64,000 bases of DNA from NCBI GenBank assembly GCA_964291675.2, contig OZ219866.1, positions 3,360,001-3,424,000 of the forward strand, read 5' to 3'. The stretch is from Alphaproteobacteria bacterium (GTDB lineage Bacteria; Pseudomonadota; Alphaproteobacteria; MPNO01). The notes beneath the pieces were generated by a model that made no database searches, was not told where the DNA came from, and saw only the letters and a list, made by a program, of their open reading frames with translations. Of the stretch, positions 9,258 to 19,375 are shown in pieces (the first letter of the stretch is position 1; each line of letters opens with the position of its first letter). The translations under genes were made by a program, and so were the position numbers.

Positions 9258-10712
9258 TCAATTCAGCGCACGATCAAGCAAAGAGCGATCGATTTCGTCT
9301 TCGATATGGTACGGATACCGCTCAAAAAATACGTCGCGCGCGACGGTCCACGGGTCTTCGTCCTCGCGCTGAAGCTTGGCAGCCGCACCCCACCAGTCGA
9401 GGCCCTGCCGGGACAACCGGAAGGCCAGGTAGTTCGCGAGCGCGCCGACGCTCACTCCCCGCTTCTTCGCCACTCGCCGGACCACACGTTGCAATCGCGG
9501 GATCATGTTGTTGGCCTGTGCAACGCAATCCTCGGCGAGTTCGTTCGCCTTGCCATCTAGCATCACGTCTCCGGCAAACTGGCTGGCCGCGATCTCCTCA
9601 TCCGATTCCCGACGTTCGCTGGACGTTGCTTCCGCCTCAACCAGCTCGAATGCCTGTTCGTCAGGCCGTTGCGCCGCATGGAACACCTCGTGGAGCAGAT
9701 CAAACGTCCAACGCGCTTCATGCCTCGACGTCTGCTTCAGCACGATCGCGTTACGGCCCTCGTAGCGCCAACACGCGCCGTGGAAAGTCCCTGTTCCCCT
9801 GAGTGGAAGCACAACCACCCCAAGGTCCCACACCGTGTGAAGAACCGTGCGGAGATCGTCCCTTCCCTCGCCGCGAGCCAAAATCTTCTTTCGCATTTCG
9901 CCCGGATCGGTCGGGATTGACTCAATAGGGTAGCCGGCCATCCCCCGTATGGCCACGACGGCCAGGTGATTGGCGTAGGTCGCGAAGAGTCCTGCGGCGC
10001 CCTCGTCACGTCGCTTCGGCATCTTGAAACGTGCGGCAGCCGCCGCCGTCATAGGTGCGGGCAATGCTTGAGCGCCGAAGATGTCGTCGCGCCTCCATCC
10101 GAAGACGCGCTCCAGCGCGGCTGCCGCTTTCGCGGTCAGTCTCTGGTCATTCCACTGATCCGGCACTTCGCCATCTGCGATGGCGGCATCCGCTGAACAC
10201 AACAAGCGTTCCACCACGAAGTCCCGACCCAGCCCCACCTGGCTGACCTTCGCGAGGAACCCCTTGAAGCTATCCGGCACGACGGGAAGTAGAATTTCGT
10301 TTTCTATCCGTAGCTCCAGGGCGCGCGCTACCTGGCACAGTCGCTGGTAGCTTGCGGACGCATAGCGCTCCGCCTCGTATCGTTGGATCTGCTGTTCCTT
10401 GAGATTTAGACGTTGCGCAAGCGCCCGTTGGCTGAGACCCCCTGCGATCCTGGCCTTGATCAAGCCATCCGCAAGTTCTTCGAACGAGCCTACTGAAATG
10501 ACTGACACCTCGGCTGATTTCAACTGCTCGTATTCCTCCAACTCTTCCCGCAGGTCTTCCAGTTGGCTCTCCATGGCCTCTCGTTCGGCCTGCACGAGCC
10601 TTGGATGCACGTCTGCCCGGTTGTCCGATTTGACATCGAATTCCTCGATTGCACGGGCAAAGCCGTGCGCCTTCTTTCGCGTGATTCGGTACTGTCTCTC
10701 GTTGGTGATCAT
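9258..10712 (-). CDS. XRE-family HTH protein fused to an ImmA/IrrE-type metallopeptidase
   Basis: MITNERQY N-terminus; ARIAGGLSQRALAQRLNLKEQQIQRYE HTH; FDLLHEVFH (HExxH) and EEIAASQFA. ATGA overlap with the upstream gene. Confidence 0.88.
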   Translation of the reverse strand: MITNERQYRITRKKAHGFARAIEEFDVKSDNRADVHPRLVQAEREAMESQLEDLREELEEYEQLKSAEVSVISVGSFEELADGLIKARIAGGLSQRALAQRLNLKEQQIQRYEAERYASASYQRLCQVARALELRIENEILLPVVPDSFKGFLAKVSQVGLGRDFVVERLLCSADAAIADGEVPDQWNDQRLTAKAAAALERVFGWRRDDIFGAQALPAPMTAAAAARFKMPKRRDEGAAGLFATYANHLAVVAIRGMAGYPIESIPTDPGEMRKKILARGEGRDDLRTVLHTVWDLGVVVLPLRGTGTFHGACWRYEGRNAIVLKQTSRHEARWTFDLLHEVFHAAQRPDEQAFELVEAEATSSERRESDEEIAASQFAGDVMLDGKANELAEDCVAQANNMIPRLQRVVRRVAKKRGVSVGALANYLAFRLSRQGLDWWGAAAKLQREDEDPWTVARDVFFERYPYHIEDEIDRSLLDRALN

Positions 10713-11146
10713 GGCAAACTCCCCAGATCGATCAGCACGACGCCTTTTTGGACGCCGTTGCGGTCGGTCATAAAGAAGTCTCGAAAGAGCACTCCCGGCG
10801 CGGCACGTGCCGACGCCGGGAAGAGGTCTCCGAGATATTTCGCTTTCATCGCCGCCCGGGGGTGCTCCAAGTCGAGAAGCACCGGGTCCAATCGGTTCAG
10901 ATCGACACCCGCCGTTTCCCAAGCGGCGTCGTAATCCCCCGGCAGCGCCTTGGCCGTAACGAAGCTCCCGTCCAGCAACAGCTTCGCGCATCCGGCCATC
11001 GCCAAGTTGCGGCACGCAGCCAGCAAACCTTCCATCAGTCGAGCGCGATGGCTATTGCCAGCGAAGCGACGGGCGACATCGTGCCACCCAGCATCGTGGA
11101 TGCCTGGTGGGAGGTAGCCGGTCTTGGAGTCAAGTTTGGGTATCAC
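10709..11146 (-). CDS. DUF6932-like putative Pol-beta-superfamily nucleotidyltransferase
   Basis: GYLPPGIH, LLDGSFVTAK..PGDYD (GS + DxD), DR.GVQKGVV. Start GTG 11146 or ATG 11176. Confidence 0.8.
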   Translation of the reverse strand: MIPKLDSKTGYLPPGIHDAGWHDVARRFAGNSHRARLMEGLLAACRNLAMAGCAKLLLDGSFVTAKALPGDYDAAWETAGVDLNRLDPVLLDLEHPRAAMKAKYLGDLFPASARAAPGVLFRDFFMTDRNGVQKGVVLIDLGSLP

Positions 11147-11319
11147 ACACCCAACTATATTGTTGTGTAGAATCATGTCAACCCCAACGCCCCGTCCCCG
11201 ACTGCCACCCCGCACAAGGCCGGGGCGACAGGTTGGGCGCGAGCGGCGGCGTGGGCATTCCGGCCGCCATTGGCGAGAAAATCGGGCTTGCCGGCCTCGT
11301 CGCCGGCTTCCGTCGCGGT

Positions 11320-11718
11320 CATTTCCGGCAACACGCCCAGCAGCACCAGGGCGTCGCGGAGATCGGGGTCGTGGGCGGCGGCCCTTCGCGGATCGTTCGC
11401 GTCGAAGCGGTCTCACAGCGGGGCGGCCGGCGTGGGCTTTCGGTAGGTCGGCCACAGCTCTCGCAAGCGGCTCTCGGCGTGTTCCGCGGCCGGAAAATGT
11501 GCTTCGCGGCAGGGGTGATGCCGGACCAGCAGGCCTTCAAGCTTCGGCCTGAGATAGACCAACGGCAAGTCCCCGAGGCCGGGCACGGTTTCCGGGTCGC
11601 GGCCGGCGACGCGGTCCGCCGCGAGCCGGTCGGCGTCCGGGAAGACCAGCGCCCCGCTGTCCCGCATCCGCTGATCGTTGCGCCGCCGCCGGCGGTCGAC
11701 GGCGAATTCGACGACCGC
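11320..11718 (-). pseudogene. RloB-like gene remnant (middle and C-terminal part)
   Basis: Reads [39 protein letters not shown], in-frame TGA at 11413-15, then RAAAHDPDLRDAL. The 5' part is cut by the tig duplicate; DNA is similar to 14875-14955. Confidence 0.6.
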
Positions 11719-12054
11719 GCGCGCTACCGCACCATCGCCGAGCGCCGGGTCCGCCTCGCGCTGATCCTGTCGGAGATCGGCCGGGCCAACAACATCCAGG
11801 TGAGCGAGGACGAGCTCAACCGGGCGATGATGGAGCAGGCCCGCATGATGCCCGACCGGGCGGCGCAGGTCTTCGAGTTCTACCGCGACAACCCCGACGC
11901 GATGCAGTCGCTGCAGGCGCCGATCTTCGAGGACAAGGTGGTGGATTTCGTCATCGAGATGGCGCAGGTGACGGACCGCGCGGTCGAGCTCGACGAGCTC
12001 ACCGCCGAGCCCGCCGATGGGGACGCCGCGCCGGAGGAGGGGCAGGACGGATGA
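11719..12054 (+). pseudogene. tig: Duplicated 3' fragment of tig
   Basis: Same protein as the tig C-terminus from [10 protein letters not shown] onward, except one E to D change; no N-terminus. Confidence 0.92.
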
Positions 12055-12686
12055 GCACCGACGCGAGGATGAACGCCCTGGTGCCGATGGTGGTCGAGCA
12101 GACCAACCGCGGCGAGCGGGCCTACGACATCTTCTCCCGGCTGTTGAAGGAGCGCATAATCTTCCTGATCGGCGGGGTCGACGATGCGGTCGCCTCGCTG
12201 ATCTGCGCCCAGATGCTGTATCTCGAATCGGAGAACCCGACCAAGGACATCGCCTTCTACGTCAACTCGCCGGGCGGGCTGGTGACCTCGGGGCTCGCGG
12301 TCTACGACACCATGCAGTACATCCGCCCGGAGATCTCGACGGTGTGCATCGGCCAGGCCGCCTCGATGGGCTCGCTGCTGCTGGCCGCCGGCGCCAAGGG
12401 CAAGCGCTACTCGCTGCCGCATGCGCGGATCATGGTGCACCAGCCCTCGGGCGGGTTCCAGGGCCAGGCCTCCGACATCGAGATCCACGCGCGCGAGATC
12501 CTGACCCTGCGCGGCAGGCTCAACCAGATCTATGTCGAGCACACCGGCCAGGACATCGGCACCATCGAGGAGGCGATGGAGCGCGACCGCTTCCTGTCGC
12601 CCGACGACGCCAAGGCGTTCGGCATCATCGACGAGGTCGTCACCAGCCGCCCCGCCCCGGAGGCCGAGGCCGCCAGCGGCGGGTGA
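12051..12686 (+). CDS. clpP: ATP-dependent Clp protease proteolytic subunit, copy 2
   Basis: 211 aa; differs from copy 1 by R/Q, A/T and P/A substitutions. Confidence 0.97.
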   Translation: MSTDARMNALVPMVVEQTNRGERAYDIFSRLLKERIIFLIGGVDDAVASLICAQMLYLESENPTKDIAFYVNSPGGLVTSGLAVYDTMQYIRPEISTVCIGQAASMGSLLLAAGAKGKRYSLPHARIMVHQPSGGFQGQASDIEIHAREILTLRGRLNQIYVEHTGQDIGTIEEAMERDRFLSPDDAKAFGIIDEVVTSRPAPEAEAASGG

Positions 12687-12809
12687 AGGGGGGGGGACGG
12701 AGAGCAGGCCGAGGCCGGCCACGCCACCCCGTACCGTTCACAGCGCATTTGCGGCGCGGCGTATCGAGGGACCGCCGCGCCCCTTGCCAACGCCCCGCCG
12801 TTTCCCGCA

Positions 12810-13590
12810 TCCCGTCATGCCCGGCCCCCGGATCGAGTTCGGGGGTGATCCGGGCACCAACTGCCGCCGCCGGCACAACGCCCCCCGTCGGGCGAGGCTG
12901 TGGCAGCAGTGGGTGGCCGGTACGGCCCCGCTCATCCCCCCCGTCATGGCCGGACTTGATCCGGCCATCCATGCGGCGTCCCCGCCTGCGAGGCGGCCGG
13001 CGGGAAGGGGCGGCGGCGCCAGTGGATGCCCGGATCAAGTCCGGGCATGACGATGGGGGGAGGCATGGCGCTGGGGCGGGGAACGCCGGGCGCGATCCGC
13101 GTCGAAGGCTAAACCGGACAGCAGTGGACTTGATCCGGGCATCCACTGGCGCCGCCGCTCCTCCCGACGGGGCGTTGTACCGGTGGCGCCAGTGGTTGCG
13201 CGGATCGAGTCCGCGCATGGATGGCCGGATCAAGTCCGGCCATGACGGGGTGGTGAAGATGGGGGGTGAAGTTGGGGGGACGAGGCGTCCCTCGATGCGC
13301 GGCTTCGCCGCTACTCACGATGAGGGCGAGGCTTGGGCCGGGCACCGACTGCTGCCGCCGGCACATCGGCCCGTCGGGCGCGGCTGTGGCGCCAGTGGGT
13401 GGCCGATACGGCCCCGCTCATCCCCCCCGTCATGCCCGGACTTGATCCGGGCATCCACTGCCGCCGCCGGCACATCGGCCCGTCGAGCGCGGCTGTGGCG
13501 CCAGTTGGTGGCCGGATCACCCCCGGACTCGATCCGGGGGCCGGCCATGACGAGGGGGGTGAAGATGGGGGGTGACGATGGGGGGCCGGA
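12810..13590. repeat. Mosaic cluster of REP-like palindromes containing a ~312-bp composite unit (13131-13442)
   Basis: Many GTCATG(G/C)CCGG..GATC..CCGG(G/C)CATGAC palindromes and one family-B REP; the unit recurs at 16408 and 16721. Confidence 0.85.
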
Positions 13591-14115
13591 TCAGCCCGAC
13601 GGCCGATGTCGGAACAGGCCGAGCCCGAGGCTTCGACGCAGGGTCAATTGCCGGCGTCGGTATTTCTGGAAATACAGGATGAGGTCCGCCGCCTCCTGCT
13701 GGACCGCCATGGCGCGGGAGACATCGATGGCGCGATCGTCGACCTCGTAGTCCGGCCCTCCGGTCGTCAGGTCCCCGAATTCGACCAAGCGCTTCGCATG
13801 CGTGAGAGGGTCGTCTCTCGAGGCGCGTGCCAACTCTACCGCGAGCCCATTGAGACGGCGAAAGAGTCCGACGAGGCGCGCTTCGGCCTGCCGGTCGCTG
13901 AGGTCGTCGATCTTCAGCCAGTAGTTGGTCGAAATTTCCGCCGCCTGCAGTATCGCGCCCCGGAGTTCGTCGTATCGCTGGGAGTGCTCGTCGACCCTGC
14001 TTTGCCAGACGCGAATGGCGAGGGCGGCGAACCATCCCAACAGGAAAGCGAGCAGGAGCTTGACGCCGTCCGACGTCAAACTCAGCCAAGGGTCTGGTGG
14101 CGGAGGTTCCGGCAA
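13591..14115 (-). CDS. Hypothetical protein with an N-terminal transmembrane helix
   Basis: VKLLLAFLLGWFAALAIRVW TM segment then a helical domain; follows the STAS-like gene. Start uncertain (TTG 14115). Confidence 0.65.
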   Translation of the reverse strand: MPEPPPPDPWLSLTSDGVKLLLAFLLGWFAALAIRVWQSRVDEHSQRYDELRGAILQAAEISTNYWLKIDDLSDRQAEARLVGLFRRLNGLAVELARASRDDPLTHAKRLVEFGDLTTGGPDYEVDDRAIDVSRAMAVQQEAADLILYFQKYRRRQLTLRRSLGLGLFRHRPSG

Positions 14116-14146
14116 GGCGTTGCCTGTGCTGTCGTGGCGGCGCGGA

Positions 14147-14485
14147 CTATTGCGGTCGCGCGTTGTCCATGTACCGGTTCGCGGACAACCGATAGGTCTC
14201 GTAGAGCGGGTCCAACGCCTTGAGTTCAAGGTGGCGCTTCACCTGTTCGCGGCCGAACAGGCGCCGACGGATCAGTCCGCCGAATGCTTCCTCCAGGAAC
14301 GACGAACCGTAGCCGTGGGTTCCGTCCAGTACGATGACCAGCTTGTCGTCCGACCCAATGGCCCTCCCCAGCAGATGGCCGAGCACATCGTCGCGGAACT
14401 CTTCGCCGCTATAGGGTCCGTGTTTCCTGAAGCGCCCTCCCGGCGTCGTCGAGAACTCGTCCGCGATTCTGTAGGTCATCGCCAT
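14147..14485 (-). CDS. STAS-like domain protein (DUF4325)
   Basis: FSTTPGGRF...SGEEFR...LDGTHGYGSSFLEEAFGGL signature. Confidence 0.88.
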   Translation of the reverse strand: MAMTYRIADEFSTTPGGRFRKHGPYSGEEFRDDVLGHLLGRAIGSDDKLVIVLDGTHGYGSSFLEEAFGGLIRRRLFGREQVKRHLELKALDPLYETYRLSANRYMDNARPQ

Positions 14486-14489
14486 CCTG

Positions 14490-14862
14490 CCGCGCTCCCA
14501 CCAAAGCCGGAAACGCCAACGAACCGGCGTACCGCCGATCGAGCGATCGAGGGTTTCCGCCGTTTCGCCAGTACCCTTCCGATATATGTACCGTCCCCTT
14601 CTTGACAAGATTTGCGGGGACCCGAACGCAGCGCGATCTTTCGTTCCCGCATCTGCGCCGAGTCGCAGCCGCGTCCCGGCTCCTCGTAGGCACTGCGGCC
14701 CGCCGCCCAGGCCGCCCGGATACGCAGGCCGTCGTTTGCCGAGTCGAGACCCATCGCATTCGCGGACCGTTCCAGCCATTGACGCGCAAGTTCGCGCCGG
14801 CCGGAGTGCGGCAGCGCAGCGGGGGTGGCCGCTCCCGGATCGAGGAATATCGCCTCCAATGC
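14490..14862 (-). pseudogene. 3' remnant of the HATPase-like gene that typically precedes DUF4325
   Basis: IFLDPGAATPAALP (G1-like) and GRSAYEEPGRG (G2-like) in one frame; ILSRRGRYIY..SIGGTPVRWRF in another; frameshifted and 5'-deleted. Confidence 0.55.
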
Positions 14863-14864
14863 GC

Positions 14865-15008
14865 ACCCGGCGGCGCGGTCCGCCGCGAGCCGGTCGGCGT
14901 CGAGGAAGACCGGCGCCCCGCCGTCCCGCATCCGCGACCCGTTGCGCCGTCGCCTTCCGCCGCGGCGAAGATGCGTCGGCGGCGCGCGATGGGCCTGCGC
15001 GGCGGCAC
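14865..15008 (-). pseudogene. RloB-like gene remnant (N-terminus with internal deletion)
   Basis: MPPRRPIARRRRIFAAAEGDG starts 3 bp after the ATPase stop, then shifts frame to [12 protein letters not shown]. Confidence 0.6.
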
Positions 15009-15011
15009 GGG

Positions 15012-16220
15012 TCAGCCGAGCGAGGGCAGCCCGCCCAGCGCGCCGCCGCGGTAGAGCTTTCGGAGATCGGCGCCCCGGCGCAGCCCCGCGACATCGCGCA
15101 CGCCATAGGCCTGGGTGGCTCCTTCCCGGTCCTTCTCGACGATGAACACCTCTTCCTTTTCCAGGTCGTCGAGCGCCGACAGGCCGTGCAGCGAGCAGAT
15201 AAGCTGTGCGTTACGGGGGTTGGTGTCTTCGCGCCGGAACCAGCCCAAAATCTCGTCCACCAGGTCGGCGTGCAGGTCGTTGTCGAGCGCGTCCATTACC
15301 GCCAGCCCGCCGGATTCGAGCGCGTTGTCGAGCGCCGGAAATACTTGCACGGCCTGACGGGTCCCGGCGGACTCCCCTTCGAAGGTCACTGGCATGCCGA
15401 GACCGGAATGGGCAAAGACCAGGTACCAGTTCCCGTTACCCGCCTGAACCACGTTCATGCTCTCGATCCCGAGATCGAATCGTTCGAACCTGTCGGAGAT
15501 TCGTTTCCTCGCTCCGGGGGTTTCCCGGAAATAGGCGGTTATGGCGCGGTCCGAGAGGCGCATCGGTTCGACCGCCGTGACGTTCGTTTGCACCCCGTCC
15601 AAATCGTCCACCATCGCTGAAAACGTCTCGACGCCCATACGGGAAAGGGTCGACAGGGCCGAGGCGTCCCGCGGAACCGAGGCGAGCCGGTCGTCGCTCG
15701 GTCTGATGCCCATGTGCCTCGCGACGTAGACCGGTCCATCGCCGCGGCGTTCCATCAACCGCCGGGGCCGGCCCCGCGGGAAATCGTGCAGCGCCTCGTA
15801 GCCCACGGCGCCGGGTTTGAAATCCCGTGTGTCCCTCCGCAATTCCACGGTGTAGCGGTACACGTCATTGGGCGCGTCCGGGCCGGAGAGCGGCCAGGGC
15901 GCGTCGAAACCCATTTCGACCCGGGTGGGCTTGCGCAGGGAGTCCTCGGAGGCAAACGCGTTGAAGCCTCCGAGGGAATCCGGTCCGTCGCCGTAGGAGC
16001 GCACCGCGAAGCGAACCGTATCCGCCAGCGCCCGCAAACAGGCCGACTTCCCCGACCCGTTGGGGCCGATCAGCGCAACCGCGGCCGGAACCCGGAGGTC
16101 GGACCGCGCGGTGGGGCGGCGCAGCCACGGCCGCTCCGGCGTGGTCCCCGGGACGCGGAAGTCCAGCGTGACCTCGTCCCGTATAGATCGGTAGTTGTTG
16201 ACCTTGATCCAGTGCAACAT
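15012..16220 (-). CDS. ABC-type AAA_21 ATPase (RloA/AbiEii-like)
   Basis: NYRSI, GPNGSGKS, ESAGT signature, QLICSLH. Walker B reads VMDALD rather than DE, so it may be degenerate. Confidence 0.88.
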   Translation of the reverse strand: MLHWIKVNNYRSIRDEVTLDFRVPGTTPERPWLRRPTARSDLRVPAAVALIGPNGSGKSACLRALADTVRFAVRSYGDGPDSLGGFNAFASEDSLRKPTRVEMGFDAPWPLSGPDAPNDVYRYTVELRRDTRDFKPGAVGYEALHDFPRGRPRRLMERRGDGPVYVARHMGIRPSDDRLASVPRDASALSTLSRMGVETFSAMVDDLDGVQTNVTAVEPMRLSDRAITAYFRETPGARKRISDRFERFDLGIESMNVVQAGNGNWYLVFAHSGLGMPVTFEGESAGTRQAVQVFPALDNALESGGLAVMDALDNDLHADLVDEILGWFRREDTNPRNAQLICSLHGLSALDDLEKEEVFIVEKDREGATQAYGVRDVAGLRRGADLRKLYRGGALGGLPSLG

Positions 16221-16374
16221 ATGTCTAGCCTGACATTTTTTTGTCGACTATGGGCTTTAACTTGAAAAGTGTCGTCAACAATGTCAATCGGCGTCGTTGC
16301 CGGAGGCGGTCCGCCCCGCCGCCATCCCGGGAAGTCCCGCTGGGCCGGATCGAGAGACCTCCATTCCCCCAACC

Positions 16375-17105
16375 CGTCATGCCTGGCCCCCGGATCAAGT
16401 CCGGGGGTGATCCGGGCATCCACTGGCGCCGCCGCTCCTCCCGACGGGGCGTTGTACCGGTGGCGCCAGTGGTTGCGCGGATCGAGTCCGCGCATGGATG
16501 GCCGGATCAAGTCCGGCCATGACGGGGTGGTGAAGATGGGGGGTGAAGTTGGGGGGACGAGGCGTCCCTCGATGCGCGGCTTCGCCGCTACTCACGATGA
16601 GGGCGAGGCTTGGCCCGGGCACCAACTGCCGCCGCCGGCACAACGCCCCGTCGGGCGCGGCTGTGGCGCCAGTGGGTGCCCGATACGGCCCCGCTCATCC
16701 CCCCCCGTCATGCCCGGACTTGATCCGGGCATCCACTGGCGCCGCCGCTCCTCCCGACGGGGCGTTGTACCGGTGGCGCCAGTGGTTGCGCGGATCGAGT
16801 CCGCGCATGGGTGGCCGGATCAAGTCCGGCCATGACGAGGGGGGTGACGATGGGGGGTGACGATGGGGGACGAGGCGTCCCTCGATACGCGGCTTCGCCG
16901 CTACTCACGATGACGGCGAGGCTTGGCCCGGGCACCAACTGCCGCCGCCGGCACATCGGCCCGTCGGGCGCGGCCGTGGCACCGGTGGGTGGCCGCGGCG
17001 GCGCGTCGATGCGCGGGCGCGTGTCCCCCGATACGCCCCCGGCCCCCGCTCGTCCCCCCCGTCATGCCCGGCCCCCGGACTCGATCCGGGGGCCGGGCAT
17101 GACGC
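16375..17105. repeat. REP mosaic with about two tandem copies of the ~312-bp composite unit
   Basis: Units start at 16408 and 16721 and are near-identical to 13131-13442. Confidence 0.88.
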
Positions 17106-17231
17106 GGGGAGGGGGCGGGCGCGTCCCTGGATGCGCCCCCCTCCGGGAGGTCTCAGGATGGGAGGCGGTGGCCGGGACGAAGTGGGCCGAGCCCGGCCCC
17201 TCCGCCCCGCCTTCCGCGCCCCGGCCCGCCG

Positions 17232-18341
17232 CTACCGCTTGTCGGCGAACCAGCTCCCCAGGAACACGCCCTGGCCGCCGTCGGCCTCGGTCCATTCGGC
17301 GCCGGCGGTGCCGGCGGCGAGGCGCGGGTCGCCGGCGGCGTCGGCGACGGTGGAGAAGCGCCCGCCCCAGGCGCCGCCGCTGTCAGCGATGTCGCGCCCC
17401 GCGATCGCCACCGTCACGCCGTCGTCGCGGAACGTGCCGTCCGCGCCGATCGGGGCGGGGCTGAGCGCGATGTTGGCGGGGATCGTCGCGGGCCCGATCG
17501 CGACCTCTTCCGCCGCCGACGCGGCGTCGTCCGCCAGGACCATTATGCCGCCCGTACAGCCGATGCAGCCCGCGACGGTGCCGGCGTCGAAATCTGCGGT
17601 GAGCCGCGCCATGGCCCAGAACAGCCCGGCCTCGGCGGGCCCGCCGTCATGGCCATGGGCGTAGAGACCGCTCGCCCCGCCCTCGTAAGTCGCCGTGCCG
17701 CCGCTCGGCAAGGTGGGCGTTCCGCGCAAATCGGGGCCGTCGACGAAGCTGCCGACCCCCGCCACCGCCAGGCCGGAAAGCGCCTCCGCGTCCAGATCGA
17801 ATTCGAGGGAGGCCCAGGACCCCCAGGTCAGGAAATCGCCGGGATCGCCGTCCTTCCAGCGCGTCTGCACGAACCCGACGGCGATGCCCGGGTTGGCGCC
17901 CATGTCCGCGTCCGGCGGGTCCACGAGCGTGTCGAAGCGCTGCGCGTACCCGCCCGTGGCGGGGGTTATGTCCGGAGGTCCGCTCTCCTCCTCCGCCGAG
18001 TCCAGGATCAGGGTGCCGCGTCCCGGGCGGTCCACCGTCACCCGGATGTCGTGGCCGTCGAACGACGCCGAGGCGCTGTCGGCGGTGACGCGGACCGCGC
18101 CGTCGAGCGTGAAGTTGGACGATTGCGTGACGCTGCCGAAATTGGGGAGCGCCGTCGCGGCCATCGCGGCCTCGGCCCGCTGCCCGCCCGGATCGTCGGA
18201 GAGTGCGCCGGCAGTCGACGGCGGCGGCGATTCCGGCATGGGGGCGATGCCGCCGACATCGCCGTCGCCGCCCCCGCAGGCGGGCAGGAGCAGCAGGGAG
18301 GCGAGGGCGGCCAGCGCCCCCGGGGATGTCGCGGACTTCAT
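17232..18341 (-). CDS. Surface lipoprotein with a TbpB-like C-terminal beta-barrel
   Basis: Lipobox LLLPAC-GGG, Pro/Gly linker, [21 protein letters not shown], terminal [10 protein letters not shown]. Confidence 0.7.
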   Translation of the reverse strand: MKSATSPGALAALASLLLLPACGGGDGDVGGIAPMPESPPPSTAGALSDDPGGQRAEAAMAATALPNFGSVTQSSNFTLDGAVRVTADSASASFDGHDIRVTVDRPGRGTLILDSAEEESGPPDITPATGGYAQRFDTLVDPPDADMGANPGIAVGFVQTRWKDGDPGDFLTWGSWASLEFDLDAEALSGLAVAGVGSFVDGPDLRGTPTLPSGGTATYEGGASGLYAHGHDGGPAEAGLFWAMARLTADFDAGTVAGCIGCTGGIMVLADDAASAAEEVAIGPATIPANIALSPAPIGADGTFRDDGVTVAIAGRDIADSGGAWGGRFSTVADAAGDPRLAAGTAGAEWTEADGGQGVFLGSWFADKR

Positions 18342-18542
18342 GGCGTTCCCCTCTCTCGGCGGTCCGGGCGCGGCCGGATCCATTATCGCGCATCGCCCGC
18401 AAGATACAGTGAGCAAGAACGAATCGGTATGGAAACCCGACAACAAATGTCTTGCGGCCGTCCTTCGATACGGCCTTGCCCTCCGCCGGCGCCGCGCATA
18501 CACAGGGTCAGCCCGGGCGACCGCCGCGGGGGAGGGGAAACG

Positions 18543-19286
18543 GTGCCGACGCTGATCCTGGTGCGCCATGGCCAGAGCGACTGGAACCTGCAGAACCGGT
18601 TCACCGGCTGGGTCGATGTCGACCTCGCGCCGGCGGGCGTCGCCGAGGCGCGCGATGCCGGGCGCGCGCTCGCCCGCGAGGGGATCGGCGTCGACCGCGC
18701 CTTCACCTCGGTGCTCAAGCGGGCGATCCGCACGCTCTGGCTGATGCTCGACGAGATGGACCAGATGTGGGTGCCGGTCGAGCGCTCGTGGCGGCTGAAC
18801 GAACGCCATTACGGCGCGCTCCAGGGGCTCGACAAGGCCGAGACCGCGGCGCGGCACGGCGCCGCGCAGGTAAAGATCTGGCGCCGCAGCTTCGCCACCC
18901 CGCCGCCGGCGCTGGACGCGGCCGACCCGGGCCATCCGCGCTTCGAGCGGCGCTATGGCGGGCTGTCCGCGGCCGAGCTGCCGTCGGGCGAGAGCCTGGA
19001 GATGACGCTGGCCCGCGTGCTGCCGTATTGGCGCCAGGCGATCGGCCCGTCGCTCGCGCGCGGCGAGACCGTGCTGGTCGCCGCCCACGGCAACAGCCTG
19101 CGCGCGCTGGCGATGTATCTCGACGGGATGAGCGAGTCCGAGGTGCTCGAGCTCAACATCCCGACCGGGCTGCCGCTGGTCTACGACCTGGCCGAAGACC
19201 TCGCGCCGCGCTCGCGCCGCTACCTCGCCGACGCGGCGGCGGTCGAGGCGGCGGCGCGGGCGGTCGCCGACCAGGCCGGGGGGTAG
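18543..19286 (+). CDS. gpmA: 2,3-bisphosphoglycerate-dependent phosphoglycerate mutase
   Basis: [39 protein letters not shown]; GTG start. Confidence 0.96.
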   Translation: MPTLILVRHGQSDWNLQNRFTGWVDVDLAPAGVAEARDAGRALAREGIGVDRAFTSVLKRAIRTLWLMLDEMDQMWVPVERSWRLNERHYGALQGLDKAETAARHGAAQVKIWRRSFATPPPALDAADPGHPRFERRYGGLSAAELPSGESLEMTLARVLPYWRQAIGPSLARGETVLVAAHGNSLRALAMYLDGMSESEVLELNIPTGLPLVYDLAEDLAPRSRRYLADAAAVEAAARAVADQAGG

Positions 19287-19375
19287 GGGCGGCGGCGAGG
19301 ATGGCCGGATCGCCCCCGGACTCGATCCGGGGGCCGGCCATCCACTGCGCGCCGTGCGGGCGGAAGCGTCCGAAC

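Larger units (their letters stand above)
11719..12698 (+). repeat. Direct repeat copy 2 (tig 3' end + clpP)
   Basis: Partner of 6146-7124. Confidence 0.95.

Noticed and set aside
12017-13750. ORFs across the REP mosaics (also 16241-17464)
   Set aside because: Translations of palindromic repeats (PDLIRAS, GRIKSGHD) with no protein family signal.
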